Source of the DNA: an uncultured virus (IMG/VR IMGVR_UViG_3300010299_003477)
Taxonomy: Duplodnaviria > Heunggongvirae > Uroviricota > Caudoviricetes
Virus record (IMG/VR): IMGVR_UViG_3300010299_003477
Reading direction: 5' to 3' (one strand)
DNA length: 64,000 bases
Part shown: piece by piece, positions 8,329 to 19,165 of the stretch
Numbering within the stretch: the stretch's first letter is position 1
Layout: every line of letters begins with the position of its first letter
The notes under the pieces: generated by a model
Databases searched by the model: none
The model's input: the letters and a program-made list of their open reading frames with translations, nothing else
What the model was told of the DNA's origin: nothing
Translations under genes and position numbers: made by a program

Positions 8329-9539
8329 ATATCTAACTTTAATTTAAATGTCAAGTCTTCGTCTTCTTTTTTGCGAACAGGATTAGACAAAGTTGCTACG
8401 CCAATAAGATTTTGTTTGTCGTCGTAGATAGCTACGCGAGAAACATAAACTTGTCGCTCAAAAGAAGCGCTGTAATCAGTATAACTTGAAGACGCAAAAT
8501 TGTATATTCTTCTTGAATTGTTTTCTAAATAAATCTGAGAAGAAGTTTGTTCGACTAAACTTTGATTATACTCGATGTAAGTTGGGTTATTGGAATAATT
8601 GACTTCTCCGCGTCTAGCATGCGCGAACATCGTCATAACTTGAATGTCGTTAGTGCCTTCGAAAGATAAGCGAGAAGAAGCAGTTAAATAAGAAGCACCA
8701 GCAGTAGATGTACTAACATTATCATGCGCTCCTGCTCCCCAATAAATCCAAGATGGATTTTTTGGTCCCGCGCCAGCTTCCAAAGAGATTGTCTGCGAAC
8801 TTAATGCCCAAGAGCCAGTTAGCAATATAAATCCTTCGTTATATAAAACAACACCAGCTACTGAACCAGAGCCAGTAGAACCAACAGGACCAGTTTGTAT
8901 TAACTCTCCATTTTGTTTTGTATCTTCTAATGTTCCAATTAGCGAGCCAGTAAAATACCAGTCTAACCTAACAGACCCTGGATTTATTTTCTGTCCGTAG
9001 AAAATAGAAGGAATCGATGTTAAATTTATAGTTTGGTTTGCTTTATCTCCATAAGAAGAAGAAACTTTATAATGCTCGCTGATAGCGCCATAAAAATTTA
9101 ATCTATTCTTCAGAGCATAAAAATGCGGATAAACAGGGGTAGTTTGAAAAGTCAATCCTGTGTCTGGATTAGTAGCAGTATTTCTTTGCCCTGCTGTTGC
9201 CATGAACTCGCGAGTAATAGACGCAGATAAAGGATAGCTGCCAGAAATCACAGTGCCGTAAGCATCTGTTGCTTTTGAACCGCTTAAAGCAAATCCAGAA
9301 CTTTGTTTATAAGTAAAAGGATAAATAAATGGATTTGTCCCATCGGCGCGATCAGTATTAATTTCATGCAAACTAATGTGACCAGATGGAACATTATCCG
9401 CTTGGGCACTAAACGCGCCAGACTGCGAAGGCTTATCGTTGTAGTAGATATTGCTATCAAAAATGAAGAACTCACTTTTTGGGTAAGTTCTCATTGTGTT
9501 TAGTATGATGTCATTTTCACCAAACTTTTTAAGGGACAT
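8325..9539 (-). CDS. Virion structural protein (baseplate/fibre attachment); paralog of 9541..10581
   Basis: C-terminal NYSNNPTY...YVSRVAIYD...LIGVATLSNPVRK...KLKLDI; lies in structural block. Confidence 0.7.
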   Translation of the reverse strand: MSLKKFGENDIILNTMRTYPKSEFFIFDSNIYYNDKPSQSGAFSAQADNVPSGHISLHEINTDRADGTNPFIYPFTYKQSSGFALSGSKATDAYGTVISGSYPLSASITREFMATAGQRNTATNPDTGLTFQTTPVYPHFYALKNRLNFYGAISEHYKVSSSYGDKANQTINLTSIPSIFYGQKINPGSVRLDWYFTGSLIGTLEDTKQNGELIQTGPVGSTGSGSVAGVVLYNEGFILLTGSWALSSQTISLEAGAGPKNPSWIYWGAGAHDNVSTSTAGASYLTASSRLSFEGTNDIQVMTMFAHARRGEVNYSNNPTYIEYNQSLVEQTSSQIYLENNSRRIYNFASSSYTDYSASFERQVYVSRVAIYDDKQNLIGVATLSNPVRKKEDEDLTFKLKLDI

Positions 9540-9540
9540 T

Positions 9541-10581
9541 TTAGTAGTCCAATCTAACTCGTAGTGTTATCTCGTTTGTTGGGTCTTTGCGTAGCGGTTC
9601 TGAAAGTTTAGCAACTGCTAGTAATTCGTTTTGAGAGCTATAAAGACCGATTGTTGTAATATAAGCAACTGGAGTATCAGTAGCAACGTTTTTAACTCTG
9701 ATTGTGCTAGCCGATAAATAAGTTGGGTTTGACGAGTGGTTATATTTATTATGCGGAACGCGGCAGAAATAAATAGTTGAGTTGATTTCTGTTGTGTTGT
9801 TAAAGCTAATGTTTTGAACTCTGTGGCGAAGGGCATCGCAAGCACCCGTAATTGAAGACGAAACAAAAACCTGAGCAACTGATTTGGTTCCTGCGGACTC
9901 TGATAAGAAATCTGTCATAACATCAAACGAAGATGTAGAAAGAACCGCAATACCTGCCTGATAAAAGACTAGTCCACGAACAACGTTATCAGAAGAATAA
10001 AGAAGACCATAATCTCCACCAAACGTATTAGTAGTTCCACCAGTATCGGAAGCAGAAACATCGGTAAGGACTTTAGTGCCAGCAAAAGGAGTTGCCCAAG
10101 AACCAGTGCCCAATGTAATGCTAACGGAACCTTTCTTAATTTGATCTTTGGTAATTAAGCGAGAGAAGTTGAGGAAGAAAGATTCCTGCATCGCTCCAAC
10201 TTCATCAAGTGCTAAATCAAGCTCAAATTTACGGACAGTGTTGGTCGAGCCAGTATAACCTAAAAGAACCTGAGAGAACTGGTTATACATGTTAATCTTT
10301 TTGGCTTCCAAAGTAACACCAGGAGATCCAGAAAGAGGAGAAGCTTCATCGTATCCAATAGAAATATCAAAAATGTGGTTTGCAGAAGAAGATAAATAAG
10401 GATAGTCATAAACAGATTGGAACTGCCCATGAGTATAGTTTTTAATGTTATCTTCACTTGGGAATGTTCCATAAGTACCGCTAATAATCGTTCCTGTTAG
10501 TGGGATCGACTCGTGAAGTAGCGTTCTTGTTGTCGTAACGTCTTGAGTGAGATCTAAGATCTCATAGTTTGTAACTGCCAT
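9541..10581 (-). CDS. Virion structural protein (baseplate/fibre attachment)
   Basis: C-terminal NHSSNPTY...YITTIGLY...LLAVAKLSEPLRK...RVRLDY, resembling the C-half of tail-collar fibre domains. Confidence 0.7.
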   Translation of the reverse strand: MAVTNYEILDLTQDVTTTRTLLHESIPLTGTIISGTYGTFPSEDNIKNYTHGQFQSVYDYPYLSSSANHIFDISIGYDEASPLSGSPGVTLEAKKINMYNQFSQVLLGYTGSTNTVRKFELDLALDEVGAMQESFFLNFSRLITKDQIKKGSVSITLGTGSWATPFAGTKVLTDVSASDTGGTTNTFGGDYGLLYSSDNVVRGLVFYQAGIAVLSTSSFDVMTDFLSESAGTKSVAQVFVSSSITGACDALRHRVQNISFNNTTEINSTIYFCRVPHNKYNHSSNPTYLSASTIRVKNVATDTPVAYITTIGLYSSQNELLAVAKLSEPLRKDPTNEITLRVRLDY

Positions 10582-10599
10582 TTATATTCTCCAATTCCT

Positions 10600-11607
10600 T
10601 TATGATATTCTGGCTATTCTAACGGGGATCTGAATTTGTGCTCCAGTGGTTCCGCCCTGCACATACACTGTTGTATCAATATAATCAATCGTATTGCTTC
10701 CAAAACTTTGGTTTACTGAACCGTAAAGAGTATATTCTGGGTCTAATCCGGCTTTGACCGTAAAAGCAACAGCACCAGCAACTCCTCGTGGTCCCCCAAT
10801 TGCAGAATATGTTTCTTCTGTATTGTTGGAATCTGAAGTGTAGACGACACCATTTGGAATAACGTTAACTCTAGCTGCCGCATAGTTTTCTAAACCGATA
10901 GAAATAGAAGTAGCTGGAGCGGAATCAAGAGTAAAAGAAATATTTAAACCATTGTTATCGGCAGTATTGTTAAAAACATTATCCACGCCAGAAGAGCCAA
11001 GTACAGAACCTATAAAACGACTATCATAAAATACGTAGAAAAATCTATCAATTAAATTATTGTTTGTTAAATAACTTGTTCTATTCGTAGATGAGCCAAC
11101 AGGTACATTGCCGAATCCAGTATCTAATCCAGTCTCCAGAAGAACATATCTACCAGTAGAAGTTCCATTAAGGTTATCAGTCGATCCGCTAGCTCTCAAT
11201 ACAGAGCCGATATTTAAACTTGTTGTATCTTTACTTGTGTCTGTTAGATAAAATAAGCTTGAAGCAGGGGAAGAACCCTTTCTAGCAATACCAGTACCAA
11301 TACCAGCTAATTCATTGGTCTTCATTGTTGGAAGGTAAAGTAAGTCTGTAGCTGTATTTGGTAGTAGTCCGTAGTTAATTCCAGCGTTAACTTGCGTAAA
11401 CGCTTCAAAAATTGGCGTCTGCAAAATCGTAAGGTCATAATATGCAGAGCCAGAAGGATGAGTTTTATCGTATAGTGAATAATCAATCTCATCGTCGCCT
11501 AGTGCGAACTTGGTAACTCTAAAGTCACCCTGCGCCATACGACGGCGACCTGTCTCAGTTAAGACAGCATCTAAAATAATGTCGCCAGAATTATCTAAAA
11601 AAGCCAT
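10600..11607 (-). CDS. Virion structural protein
   Basis: N-terminal DAVLTETGRRRMAQGDFRVTKFALGDDEIDY, resembling the N-half of tail-collar fibre domains. Confidence 0.7.
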   Translation of the reverse strand: MAFLDNSGDIILDAVLTETGRRRMAQGDFRVTKFALGDDEIDYSLYDKTHPSGSAYYDLTILQTPIFEAFTQVNAGINYGLLPNTATDLLYLPTMKTNELAGIGTGIARKGSSPASSLFYLTDTSKDTTSLNIGSVLRASGSTDNLNGTSTGRYVLLETGLDTGFGNVPVGSSTNRTSYLTNNNLIDRFFYVFYDSRFIGSVLGSSGVDNVFNNTADNNGLNISFTLDSAPATSISIGLENYAAARVNVIPNGVVYTSDSNNTEETYSAIGGPRGVAGAVAFTVKAGLDPEYTLYGSVNQSFGSNTIDYIDTTVYVQGGTTGAQIQIPVRIARIS

Positions 11608-11625
11608 AAGTGTTCCTCTTTTTAT

Positions 11626-11633
11626 TAAATAGT
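11626..11633 (-). promoter_or_regulatory. ACTATTTA candidate late promoter
   Basis: In a short intergenic gap ~19 nt before ATG 11607; motif recurs before other starts. Confidence 0.55.
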
Positions 11634-11647
11634 TTTGCTTTTCTTTA

Positions 11648-14233
11648 TTAACTGTTCAATCTATAAGTAATGTTTAAATCGATTTTTCGTCCAGTCTTTT
11701 TAGATGTTAAACGAATTTTAAATGTTTTATCCCAGATTAAATCATCAGCAGTTCCAATAATCAAATTTGCTTTTTGATTTTGTGCTTCATCGCTAAAGTC
11801 TATGTTTGTTGTGTCTAAAGCAACTTGGCTTAAGTTTGGTTGTAGTTGGAATACTTTTTTGAATTCTTTTGATGGGTTATTAAATATTTTTTGATCTAAC
11901 TCTGATTCAAAAATAATATTATATACAGCAAAGTAATAACCACCATCATTAATTAGTTCTGCTTCGTAAATATCTGTTGTATGAGAAAGCACTCTTTGTT
12001 CGTTTAAAACTCTAAACAAATAATAGTATTTTTTATTTGTTTTAACTGTATCCTCAAAAAAATCTTTTGTGTAAGTTGCATCTTGATTTTCGATTTTTAA
12101 GTCTAAAGTTGCAATTAAATTTTGATCAAAATCTGTTATCGCCATTGGTCTGTCTTCAAGACGATAAATTTCTATGTATCTTGGTTTTGAAATACTTTGT
12201 TTTCTGATAATAGACGTTTCTAGTATATCATTTGCATTTAGATAATTTTGTTTATAAGTATTATCATCGTTGCTAATCGTAGATGGAAAATGACGATTAT
12301 TAAATACACCATAAGTAAAATCAAATCCAAGTTTTTGAGATTGATTGATATTTTGGAATGGGACAACATCCAACTCATTACCTGGGTGTTCTAATACTCG
12401 TAGTGTTTTAGAATAAACTGGAATCTCAATAATCTTCATTACTGGCTGGTAAGATAAATTAAAATCTGCGACGTATTTAAAATCTGAGTATATTTGAGCA
12501 TTGGTGCCATAGCCTCCCCCCGCTTGTTTATCAAATGAATCATTATTGTCACTATCATAAAGTTCGTCTGTTGCTTCATCGGTGCTTGGAGTGTACATTT
12601 CTAAGGCATACTGATCAGAAGAATTAGTAAATCCCAAATCTCGACTTAATAGTAAGTTTGAATATTGGTATTCGATTCCAAATGATAATACATAATAATA
12701 TACGTTGTATGTGTAATCAGTGTTGTATTTAATTTGGTTATCAATAAATTCAAATGTTTCTTTTAAATCAGAATTTATAAACCAATAATTTTGTAAAGTG
12801 TTTTGAGTATTAGCATCGCCAGAACCGGCACCACCTATTTTCTCTACTCTATAGGCTATGACTTCTGTATGTCTTTCGGTATCGGAATACAAATCACTAA
12901 AATCATTTATGTCGATGTTTGCTGGATTTTTAAGAAAATCTAATCCACCTTTAAGAGTTTTTGACGATACAATCGTGTTAATGTGTCGGTAAATTCCGCC
13001 AGATTCATTTGCGGAAGCTCTGTATGGGTCACTACCACCAACAAATAAACATCCAATATCATTACTTTCAAAATTTCTGTAAGCGTAAGTTAGCATCGAA
13101 ATGTAGTCTATTTCTCTTAAAGTTGTTGTTACCGCTTCGCTTGCCTTGCTGATACCATCACTAAGCGAGCCAGTATAATATTCTTTATTGAGGACAAACG
13201 AAGATTGCTGTGGAGTCAAGCCTTCTATTTCGCCAGAAAAAGATTTATAAAGCAATTTTATTAATTTAGAAGAAAACTTATTATTTTCTATTTCTTGACC
13301 TATTTCGCCCTTTGGTTTACCAGGAAATGAGATCTTAACATAATAAGGTAGCTTGCTTTCTTGTACTCCAAGATTGTTTAGATTTGTGTTTGCATTATGA
13401 TCAAACAATACATTTCTTAATTTGTCTTCTGTCCAAGAAATTGTTGAACTAGACAAAGGAGCACTAAAAACAGCAGATTGCAAATAATCAACAGATAAAT
13501 TGGTGTTCTTGCTGATTAATGTTTGATTTGTTTCTTGCTCTGCTTTCGGAATATCTTCTGGTAAGTTCTTGGCATTAAAAACAAATAGCTCATTTATAGC
13601 GGGATATGTATTTTCTCTTGAAATGTAATTGATCAATTCTTCAGGATATATTGCAGAAATGTCTTCTTGTTTTTCCCACCTTGAAAGATCTTTCATTATT
13701 GTATAACTTGGCATCTGAAGTTCAGATGTGTATTGACCAACAGTATCTTGATAAAATGGAGAGTATTGTTGATAGCTGTATCCTATTTCTATTACGTCTG
13801 TAGCATAGTCGCTTGTTAGCTTGGTTTCTTCTATTTTAGAATAAGGCATCGATATACTAAGATTCATATTTCTTAAAATAACTTCATTATAAACTGGTGT
13901 ATAAGTTTTTTTACCGTATGTCCCGCCAAGCCAGATAGCTTTCCAATCATCATCATTACGAACTCTTTCATCGTCACCAGTTACACGAACAGCAAAAACT
14001 TTATTTGGGTTCAATACAGATTCATTTAAAGTTACAGAACCCGACACAACATCAGAAAATACTTTATTAAATGGAGGGTATCTTAAATTTTCTGAACTTA
14101 GCGAATCAAATTTTAAAACAGTGCCCTCATCGGATGCAACAGATGTCCAGTTACCACCATTGAGTGTTCTAAAAGCGTCAGAAGAGCCAGAAAGTAAGTC
14201 GCTACTGATGATTTTAGTTTCAATAGAATTCAT
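11648..14233 (-). CDS. Large hypothetical, probably virion protein
   Basis: 861-aa ORF in structural block; Tyr-rich beta motifs (YNTDYTYNVY, KKYYYLFR). Confidence 0.7.
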   Translation of the reverse strand: MNSIETKIISSDLLSGSSDAFRTLNGGNWTSVASDEGTVLKFDSLSSENLRYPPFNKVFSDVVSGSVTLNESVLNPNKVFAVRVTGDDERVRNDDDWKAIWLGGTYGKKTYTPVYNEVILRNMNLSISMPYSKIEETKLTSDYATDVIEIGYSYQQYSPFYQDTVGQYTSELQMPSYTIMKDLSRWEKQEDISAIYPEELINYISRENTYPAINELFVFNAKNLPEDIPKAEQETNQTLISKNTNLSVDYLQSAVFSAPLSSSTISWTEDKLRNVLFDHNANTNLNNLGVQESKLPYYVKISFPGKPKGEIGQEIENNKFSSKLIKLLYKSFSGEIEGLTPQQSSFVLNKEYYTGSLSDGISKASEAVTTTLREIDYISMLTYAYRNFESNDIGCLFVGGSDPYRASANESGGIYRHINTIVSSKTLKGGLDFLKNPANIDINDFSDLYSDTERHTEVIAYRVEKIGGAGSGDANTQNTLQNYWFINSDLKETFEFIDNQIKYNTDYTYNVYYYVLSFGIEYQYSNLLLSRDLGFTNSSDQYALEMYTPSTDEATDELYDSDNNDSFDKQAGGGYGTNAQIYSDFKYVADFNLSYQPVMKIIEIPVYSKTLRVLEHPGNELDVVPFQNINQSQKLGFDFTYGVFNNRHFPSTISNDDNTYKQNYLNANDILETSIIRKQSISKPRYIEIYRLEDRPMAITDFDQNLIATLDLKIENQDATYTKDFFEDTVKTNKKYYYLFRVLNEQRVLSHTTDIYEAELINDGGYYFAVYNIIFESELDQKIFNNPSKEFKKVFQLQPNLSQVALDTTNIDFSDEAQNQKANLIIGTADDLIWDKTFKIRLTSKKTGRKIDLNITYRLNS

Positions 14234-15174
14234 TAATAAGTTCCTGTTGAGGTGCTGGTCGTAGGTGATACACTAACCGAAGTTGATGTTGAAACAGTTG
14301 TGGTCGTTGTAGCGGCTTGTCCAGCTAAAGCAGACTGCGTTTTTTCTTTCATTGGCGTTGTTTTGTTAAATCTAAAAGTTACTTCTTCTGAAGTTGGAGA
14401 AAAATTGTACATCTCGTTAGTATAAGTATCTATAAAGTTAGTAAAGTTTTCTTCAAAAGTTTCATTTGCCCACTTATTTTGTATGGCTGTAGTTTCTGCT
14501 TCAGAGTATTGCACGTCGAAACCAACAAGCATGTCAAAGATATCATTTGGGTCACTTACGTTTGGCTCTGTATTTTCGTTTGCGAATGTTGGTCTAGCAG
14601 TACCACCGTTTTCTGCTGACAGATAATAATAACCGTCTTCAACTATGCTTGTTATTCCAAATATTCCTTGTTGAAAAGTGACTTTAACTAAATAAGAGCC
14701 AACATCTGATGTGTTTCCAGATACTAAATTATAATCAATATTTGTATTATTGGAATTCATTTGTAAAACTACAGTCCCAGATGATGATGTTTTTGCTTCG
14801 TCGGCACTATCATATGTACCATATGCAATTAACGAATTATATGCAAAGCTAAAATTATTTCCATCTATCAAATTAGAATCTGCTATAGAGCCGTTAATAT
14901 AGGCAACTTTCCAAACTTGATAAAAGCTATTAACTATGTCAGCCGTATCTGACGTTGCTAAATTGCCAATTTTTATTTTCGAATTGCCTGATTCTATTTC
15001 ACTGGTGGCAGTTTGAGTGGTGCTTCTGGTGGCAGTTTGAGTGGTGCTTCTGGTGGCAGTTTGAGTGGTGCTTCTGGTGGCAGTTTGAGTGGTGCTTCTG
15101 GTGGCAGTTTGAGTGGTGCTTGTAGATTGTTCTTTCAAAGCTTCAGTGGCTGCGGTAGATGGAACTATCGGCAT
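14233..15174 (-). CDS. Ser/Thr-rich probable virion protein with tandem octapeptide repeats
   Basis: STTQTATR-type repeat x5 and Thr/Ser-rich C-terminus. Confidence 0.75.
   Translation of the reverse strand: MPIVPSTAATEALKEQSTSTTQTATRSTTQTATRSTTQTATRSTTQTATRSTTQTATSEIESGNSKIKIGNLATSDTADIVNSFYQVWKVAYINGSIADSNLIDGNNFSFAYNSLIAYGTYDSADEAKTSSSGTVVLQMNSNNTNIDYNLVSGNTSDVGSYLVKVTFQQGIFGITSIVEDGYYYLSAENGGTARPTFANENTEPNVSDPNDIFDMLVGFDVQYSEAETTAIQNKWANETFEENFTNFIDTYTNEMYNFSPTSEEVTFRFNKTTPMKEKTQSALAGQAATTTTTVSTSTSVSVSPTTSTSTGTY
15002..15121. repeat. Five perfect 24-nt tandem repeats
   Basis: (ctggtggcagtttgagtggtgctt)x5, in frame within 14233..15174. Confidence 0.97.
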
Positions 15175-15175
15175 T

Positions 15176-15838
15176 TTAATAACTCCTCACAACTGTTTGG
15201 GTAGCAATAGCCATTTGGCTTGTAACTGTTTGAGTCGTAGTCGCACTAGTGGTGCCAGCTATCGCGCTCGTAGTTCCAATATCTGTAAATTGTTTTAAAC
15301 TAGAGCTACTGCTTGAGTTTAAAGTTGCAATATCAGAAGCTGTTGATAACAGTTTGGTTCCTGTCTCTAACTTACTTTGGTTTAATCTTTCGGTTAGTTT
15401 ATCTTTTGACTCTGTTGTGTCAGCTGATGTTTCAAAAATGGGATCATCTGAGAAAGTAAAAGATTTTGAAACAGATAGCCCAGCATTGCCTCCTATTCTA
15501 ACAGATAATGCAGAACTACTATCAATATTTGGATTGTTTATTTTTGTGTTATTCGTTTGATCAGAAACTAAAGAATAATCTTTTCCTTGGTCTTTCGAAA
15601 CAACAGCACCGAGAGCTTCAAAAAACAAAATAGACTGCAAAGAAGAATTATCCGATTGTGAGCCATCTGCAAATAATTTTTGAGATGTTTTTGCTATTTT
15701 CGCCTCACTACTTCCTCTTTCATATTCTACACCGTTTACTGTTATTGTCTTTTGGCGGAAAGCAGTGCTTTCTAAAGATACTGTCTGATCTATAGATTCA
15801 GGATTTAATACATTTGATAAATTAGCGGTTATTGGCAT
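15176..15838 (-). CDS. Ser/Thr-rich hypothetical protein
   Basis: 220-aa ORF packed in structural block. Confidence 0.7.
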   Translation of the reverse strand: MPITANLSNVLNPESIDQTVSLESTAFRQKTITVNGVEYERGSSEAKIAKTSQKLFADGSQSDNSSLQSILFFEALGAVVSKDQGKDYSLVSDQTNNTKINNPNIDSSSALSVRIGGNAGLSVSKSFTFSDDPIFETSADTTESKDKLTERLNQSKLETGTKLLSTASDIATLNSSSSSSLKQFTDIGTTSAIAGTTSATTTQTVTSQMAIATQTVVRSY

Positions 15839-15839
15839 T

Positions 15840-18170
15840 TTATTCAGTTGTCCTTTCTGCTGTTTTCTCCGTTGATGTTAATTCTGACTCTGACTCTGAC
15901 TCTGGCGGAACAAAAGTGGTAGTAAGTTGGAACCCATTCCTTAAAATTGTTTTATCTTCAGTGATTGCCGCGTTGAAAAGCGCCACTACAAATTCAAAAT
16001 TATTTACTACAGTTGAAAATTTATCTTGAAATGATTCAATCGCTTCAAGATTTCCGTTGATTGGATTTATTGTTTGTGAAATTTGAAGTGCTTTTTCAGT
16101 AACTTTCTCTATATCATTATCAAATAAGTTGTAGTATAAATCAAGAATCATACAATACATAAATGGGGCGGTGTACCACGGAGCAGAACTTGGCTTATCT
16201 TGATATTGTGCCGAAGCTGATTCTCTAAAAAATCTGTTAAATTTTCCAAGATTTTCGTTAAATGCACCATTATCGCTTGCATAATCATAATATTGTTGTA
16301 ATTCCTCTGATGTATCTTGGAGTTTTTGTAGTATTGTGTTTGCAATTGTTGCTGTGCGATCTTTTATAACAACTTGGAAAGATAGAATAGGAGTATCATT
16401 TATGTTTTTTGCGTAATCAAGAATCTCAAACGACATTAGACGATAGTTTTTAATCGCTAAATCATCTACTCCGTTTAAACTTGGATCTAAATACTGACGG
16501 TATATAACGCTACTTGCGTACCCAAAAAGATATCCATACGTACCAGGATAATCAGAAATTGTTGTTGTTCCATCAGAATTAACTATTTCAACTGTTCCTT
16601 GTAATTCTTCATCCGAATAATAATAAGGAGTTCCAGAATAATTTGTATCGCTCGTAAACTGCTTTAGATAATACGATATTGCTTGCTGTGTGGAGTCGTC
16701 TTGATTTAACTGATCTCTAGCATAAATCTTTTCTGATATAGGATAAGCTGAGCCAGTTGCGAAAGAAGAACCGTAAATTGCTTTTAAAGAAGAATCCGAA
16801 TCGTTAGTTTCGTATCGATAAACCCAACAAGACTCAACAAAAAATGTATTGAAATCTATTTCAATGCCATAGTTTTTTAGTTTATTTACATTTAAAATTT
16901 TTGAGATATTTGAAGTTCTTTGCAGCGCTTTTTCATAGTCAAAATATATTCTTCCAAAAATAACGTGCGAGGGAACGTCGTAAGATGTATCAGCACATTC
17001 ATACATTGACAACTGAGAATCGGTATAAATGTAAGTGTCTGTTAAGTCTGTGTCGTGAATATTATTAGGTTCTGCTTCCGATGTATCACCTATTTCTCTT
17101 AAGTCACTTATTTTAGAATCATAAAGAACTTGTTTTATTAATTTAGCATTCTGTTGAACTGAATTGTTTGATAATACCAGTCTTTTTCTATAGTTTTTAT
17201 AAAACTTGCCGATTGGCTTTGCGGGGGACTTATCTGGATAAACTCTTGCGATTTGATTTAGCTGAATTAATAAATCCGCACTCTCACCGTATGTTGCGAG
17301 AACAGACGAAACATTATCCATAATATCTTTTAGTTTTGAATAGCGCTCGCCTTGTTCGTAAAAAGATTGATATTCATCAAGTAGATTTTGAAATTTATCA
17401 ACAACTTGTTGGTGTGTAATAGTTTCAGTTTTATAAGCAGAGCCGTTTAAAGAAATCAAAGGTGTTTCGCTGTAAAGATTACCTTCTGCATCCAAGTATT
17501 CCGCTTTGGCTCCGCTGGACAACCCACTATCATTAAAAATGGACTCATACGATACTTCACTTGTTTGAAAATCAAGAAGCTGTAAATTATCCATTTGTTC
17601 TGGAAATGTGTCTTCGCTATATTCATACACACTGCTAAAAGCAATAATCTGTAAAGAAGCGACATTGCTCCAACCGTCTAATTTTATATACATTTGTTTG
17701 TCAAGATTAATTGATTGAGAAAAATCATATTTTCTGATTTCATTCCCCGATTCGTCATACGCGATATTAGAATCACTTGAAATTTCAATTTGTGTTAGAA
17801 AAATAGGAGTTGGTGCGTCGGCAGATCCAGAAGAGTAATAAACCATAAAAGGATTTATTTCTTTGCTTATTACTGATTGATATAAACTATCGCCGTTTGA
17901 GCCAGTTTGGCTAATTCTTCCATCGACTGACGACATAAAAACCGCAACATAATAGTACAAAGAATCATTCAGAATACTGGCAATCGAATCTTTATCTTGC
18001 TTAATTTCGCCATCATCATAAAAATACGCATCGTCATAATTGCTAATAAAAATAGAACCGTTTATCGTAAGCGAAAGATCGTCTTGTAGTTCCATTTTTT
18101 CAATATAAGGTGCTGGAAGGTATTTTCCAGTATTATTAATGATGTCGCCCGTTAGCGTTAAGTCTGACAT
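15840..18170 (-). CDS. Large hypothetical, probably virion protein
   Basis: 776-aa ORF in structural block. Confidence 0.7.
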   Translation of the reverse strand: MSDLTLTGDIINNTGKYLPAPYIEKMELQDDLSLTINGSIFISNYDDAYFYDDGEIKQDKDSIASILNDSLYYYVAVFMSSVDGRISQTGSNGDSLYQSVISKEINPFMVYYSSGSADAPTPIFLTQIEISSDSNIAYDESGNEIRKYDFSQSINLDKQMYIKLDGWSNVASLQIIAFSSVYEYSEDTFPEQMDNLQLLDFQTSEVSYESIFNDSGLSSGAKAEYLDAEGNLYSETPLISLNGSAYKTETITHQQVVDKFQNLLDEYQSFYEQGERYSKLKDIMDNVSSVLATYGESADLLIQLNQIARVYPDKSPAKPIGKFYKNYRKRLVLSNNSVQQNAKLIKQVLYDSKISDLREIGDTSEAEPNNIHDTDLTDTYIYTDSQLSMYECADTSYDVPSHVIFGRIYFDYEKALQRTSNISKILNVNKLKNYGIEIDFNTFFVESCWVYRYETNDSDSSLKAIYGSSFATGSAYPISEKIYARDQLNQDDSTQQAISYYLKQFTSDTNYSGTPYYYSDEELQGTVEIVNSDGTTTISDYPGTYGYLFGYASSVIYRQYLDPSLNGVDDLAIKNYRLMSFEILDYAKNINDTPILSFQVVIKDRTATIANTILQKLQDTSEELQQYYDYASDNGAFNENLGKFNRFFRESASAQYQDKPSSAPWYTAPFMYCMILDLYYNLFDNDIEKVTEKALQISQTINPINGNLEAIESFQDKFSTVVNNFEFVVALFNAAITEDKTILRNGFQLTTTFVPPESESESELTSTEKTAERTTE

Positions 18171-19162
18171 ATCTCAGGCTCCGTTCTCGATCCGTAAATA
18201 TCGTAAAATGCTTCTTCTTGAGCTTGCTGGTCGCAGTCAAAATCTAAATCAATATAATAGCTTTCTTTATTAAAGATTTCTGCTCCTTTGCAAGCAAGTC
18301 TTTGTTCAACTTCACTATCTAAGAGAGTGTCAAAATAATACTCAACGCTATCAGTTGTTATTTCATCAACTGGTAAAACTTGGGCAACTTCTGACATTAG
18401 AAAGCCGTTTTGTATTTGTGGTATTTCTTTTCTGAAAAACTTACGCTCCAGTTGTTCTCTTGAGCCAGCAGCCGAAGATGATAATATTAAAAATACTTCA
18501 ATATCAAAATTTTGTGTAAGGTTTTCTGTGTTTAGCTCTTCAATATAAAACAAAGGATCATCAGATACAAGTTTTAAAACTTTTTGATCTATAAATTGAT
18601 TTGAATAAGAGTTCAATTCTCGTAGTTCTCGTGCGCGTAAATTAAAGATAGGTTCCGATACTTGTATTGAATAATTTGCATCTATGTTTAATTGCGGAAT
18701 CTTTGTGTCGTTTACAGTATCACTCTGCGTTGAAGAAGAAATCTGATTTTGTAAAGCAACGATCTTCCAAGCAGGAGTATAGTTTGTTTCTCCATCTAAA
18801 AAGGCGTCACCAATCTGAGAATCAAACTTAAAAATATCAGACGCTGGAACTTTAGATCTTGAAGACGGAGTTAGTTTGTCGTTTGGACTTGGCTCCTCGC
18901 CAACTGACGTTTTTAATGTTTCTTCAACGTCTCTAAAGAGCACAAGAGATTCAATATACTGCGTTTCATTTTTTATACGAGCATGTACATCATTTTGTTT
19001 TTCTGACGCGCTAGAATAGGCATAGCGACGGTCATAAAGCACATTATCGTCATAGAAAGCATAATGAGTTGGCTTAAACTTGCCAACTGATAGAAGATAG
19101 TGCCCATAGGAGGTAAGTTTTAAATCAAAAACCTGTTCTTTTTTGTTTACAAACTTCGCCAT
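18158..19162 (-). CDS. Virion structural protein; N-terminus similar to 10600..11607
   Basis: DLKLTSYGHYLLSVGKFKPTHYAFYDDNVLY aligns by eye with DAVLTETGRRRMAQGDFRVTKFALGDDEIDY. Confidence 0.7.
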   Translation of the reverse strand: MAKFVNKKEQVFDLKLTSYGHYLLSVGKFKPTHYAFYDDNVLYDRRYAYSSASEKQNDVHARIKNETQYIESLVLFRDVEETLKTSVGEEPSPNDKLTPSSRSKVPASDIFKFDSQIGDAFLDGETNYTPAWKIVALQNQISSSTQSDTVNDTKIPQLNIDANYSIQVSEPIFNLRARELRELNSYSNQFIDQKVLKLVSDDPLFYIEELNTENLTQNFDIEVFLILSSSAAGSREQLERKFFRKEIPQIQNGFLMSEVAQVLPVDEITTDSVEYYFDTLLDSEVEQRLACKGAEIFNKESYYIDLDFDCDQQAQEEAFYDIYGSRTEPEICQT

Positions 19163-19165
19163 TTA

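Noticed and set aside
15002..15121. 24-nt repeat as CRISPR or iteron array
   Set aside because: No spacers; length is a multiple of three and it lies inside a coding frame
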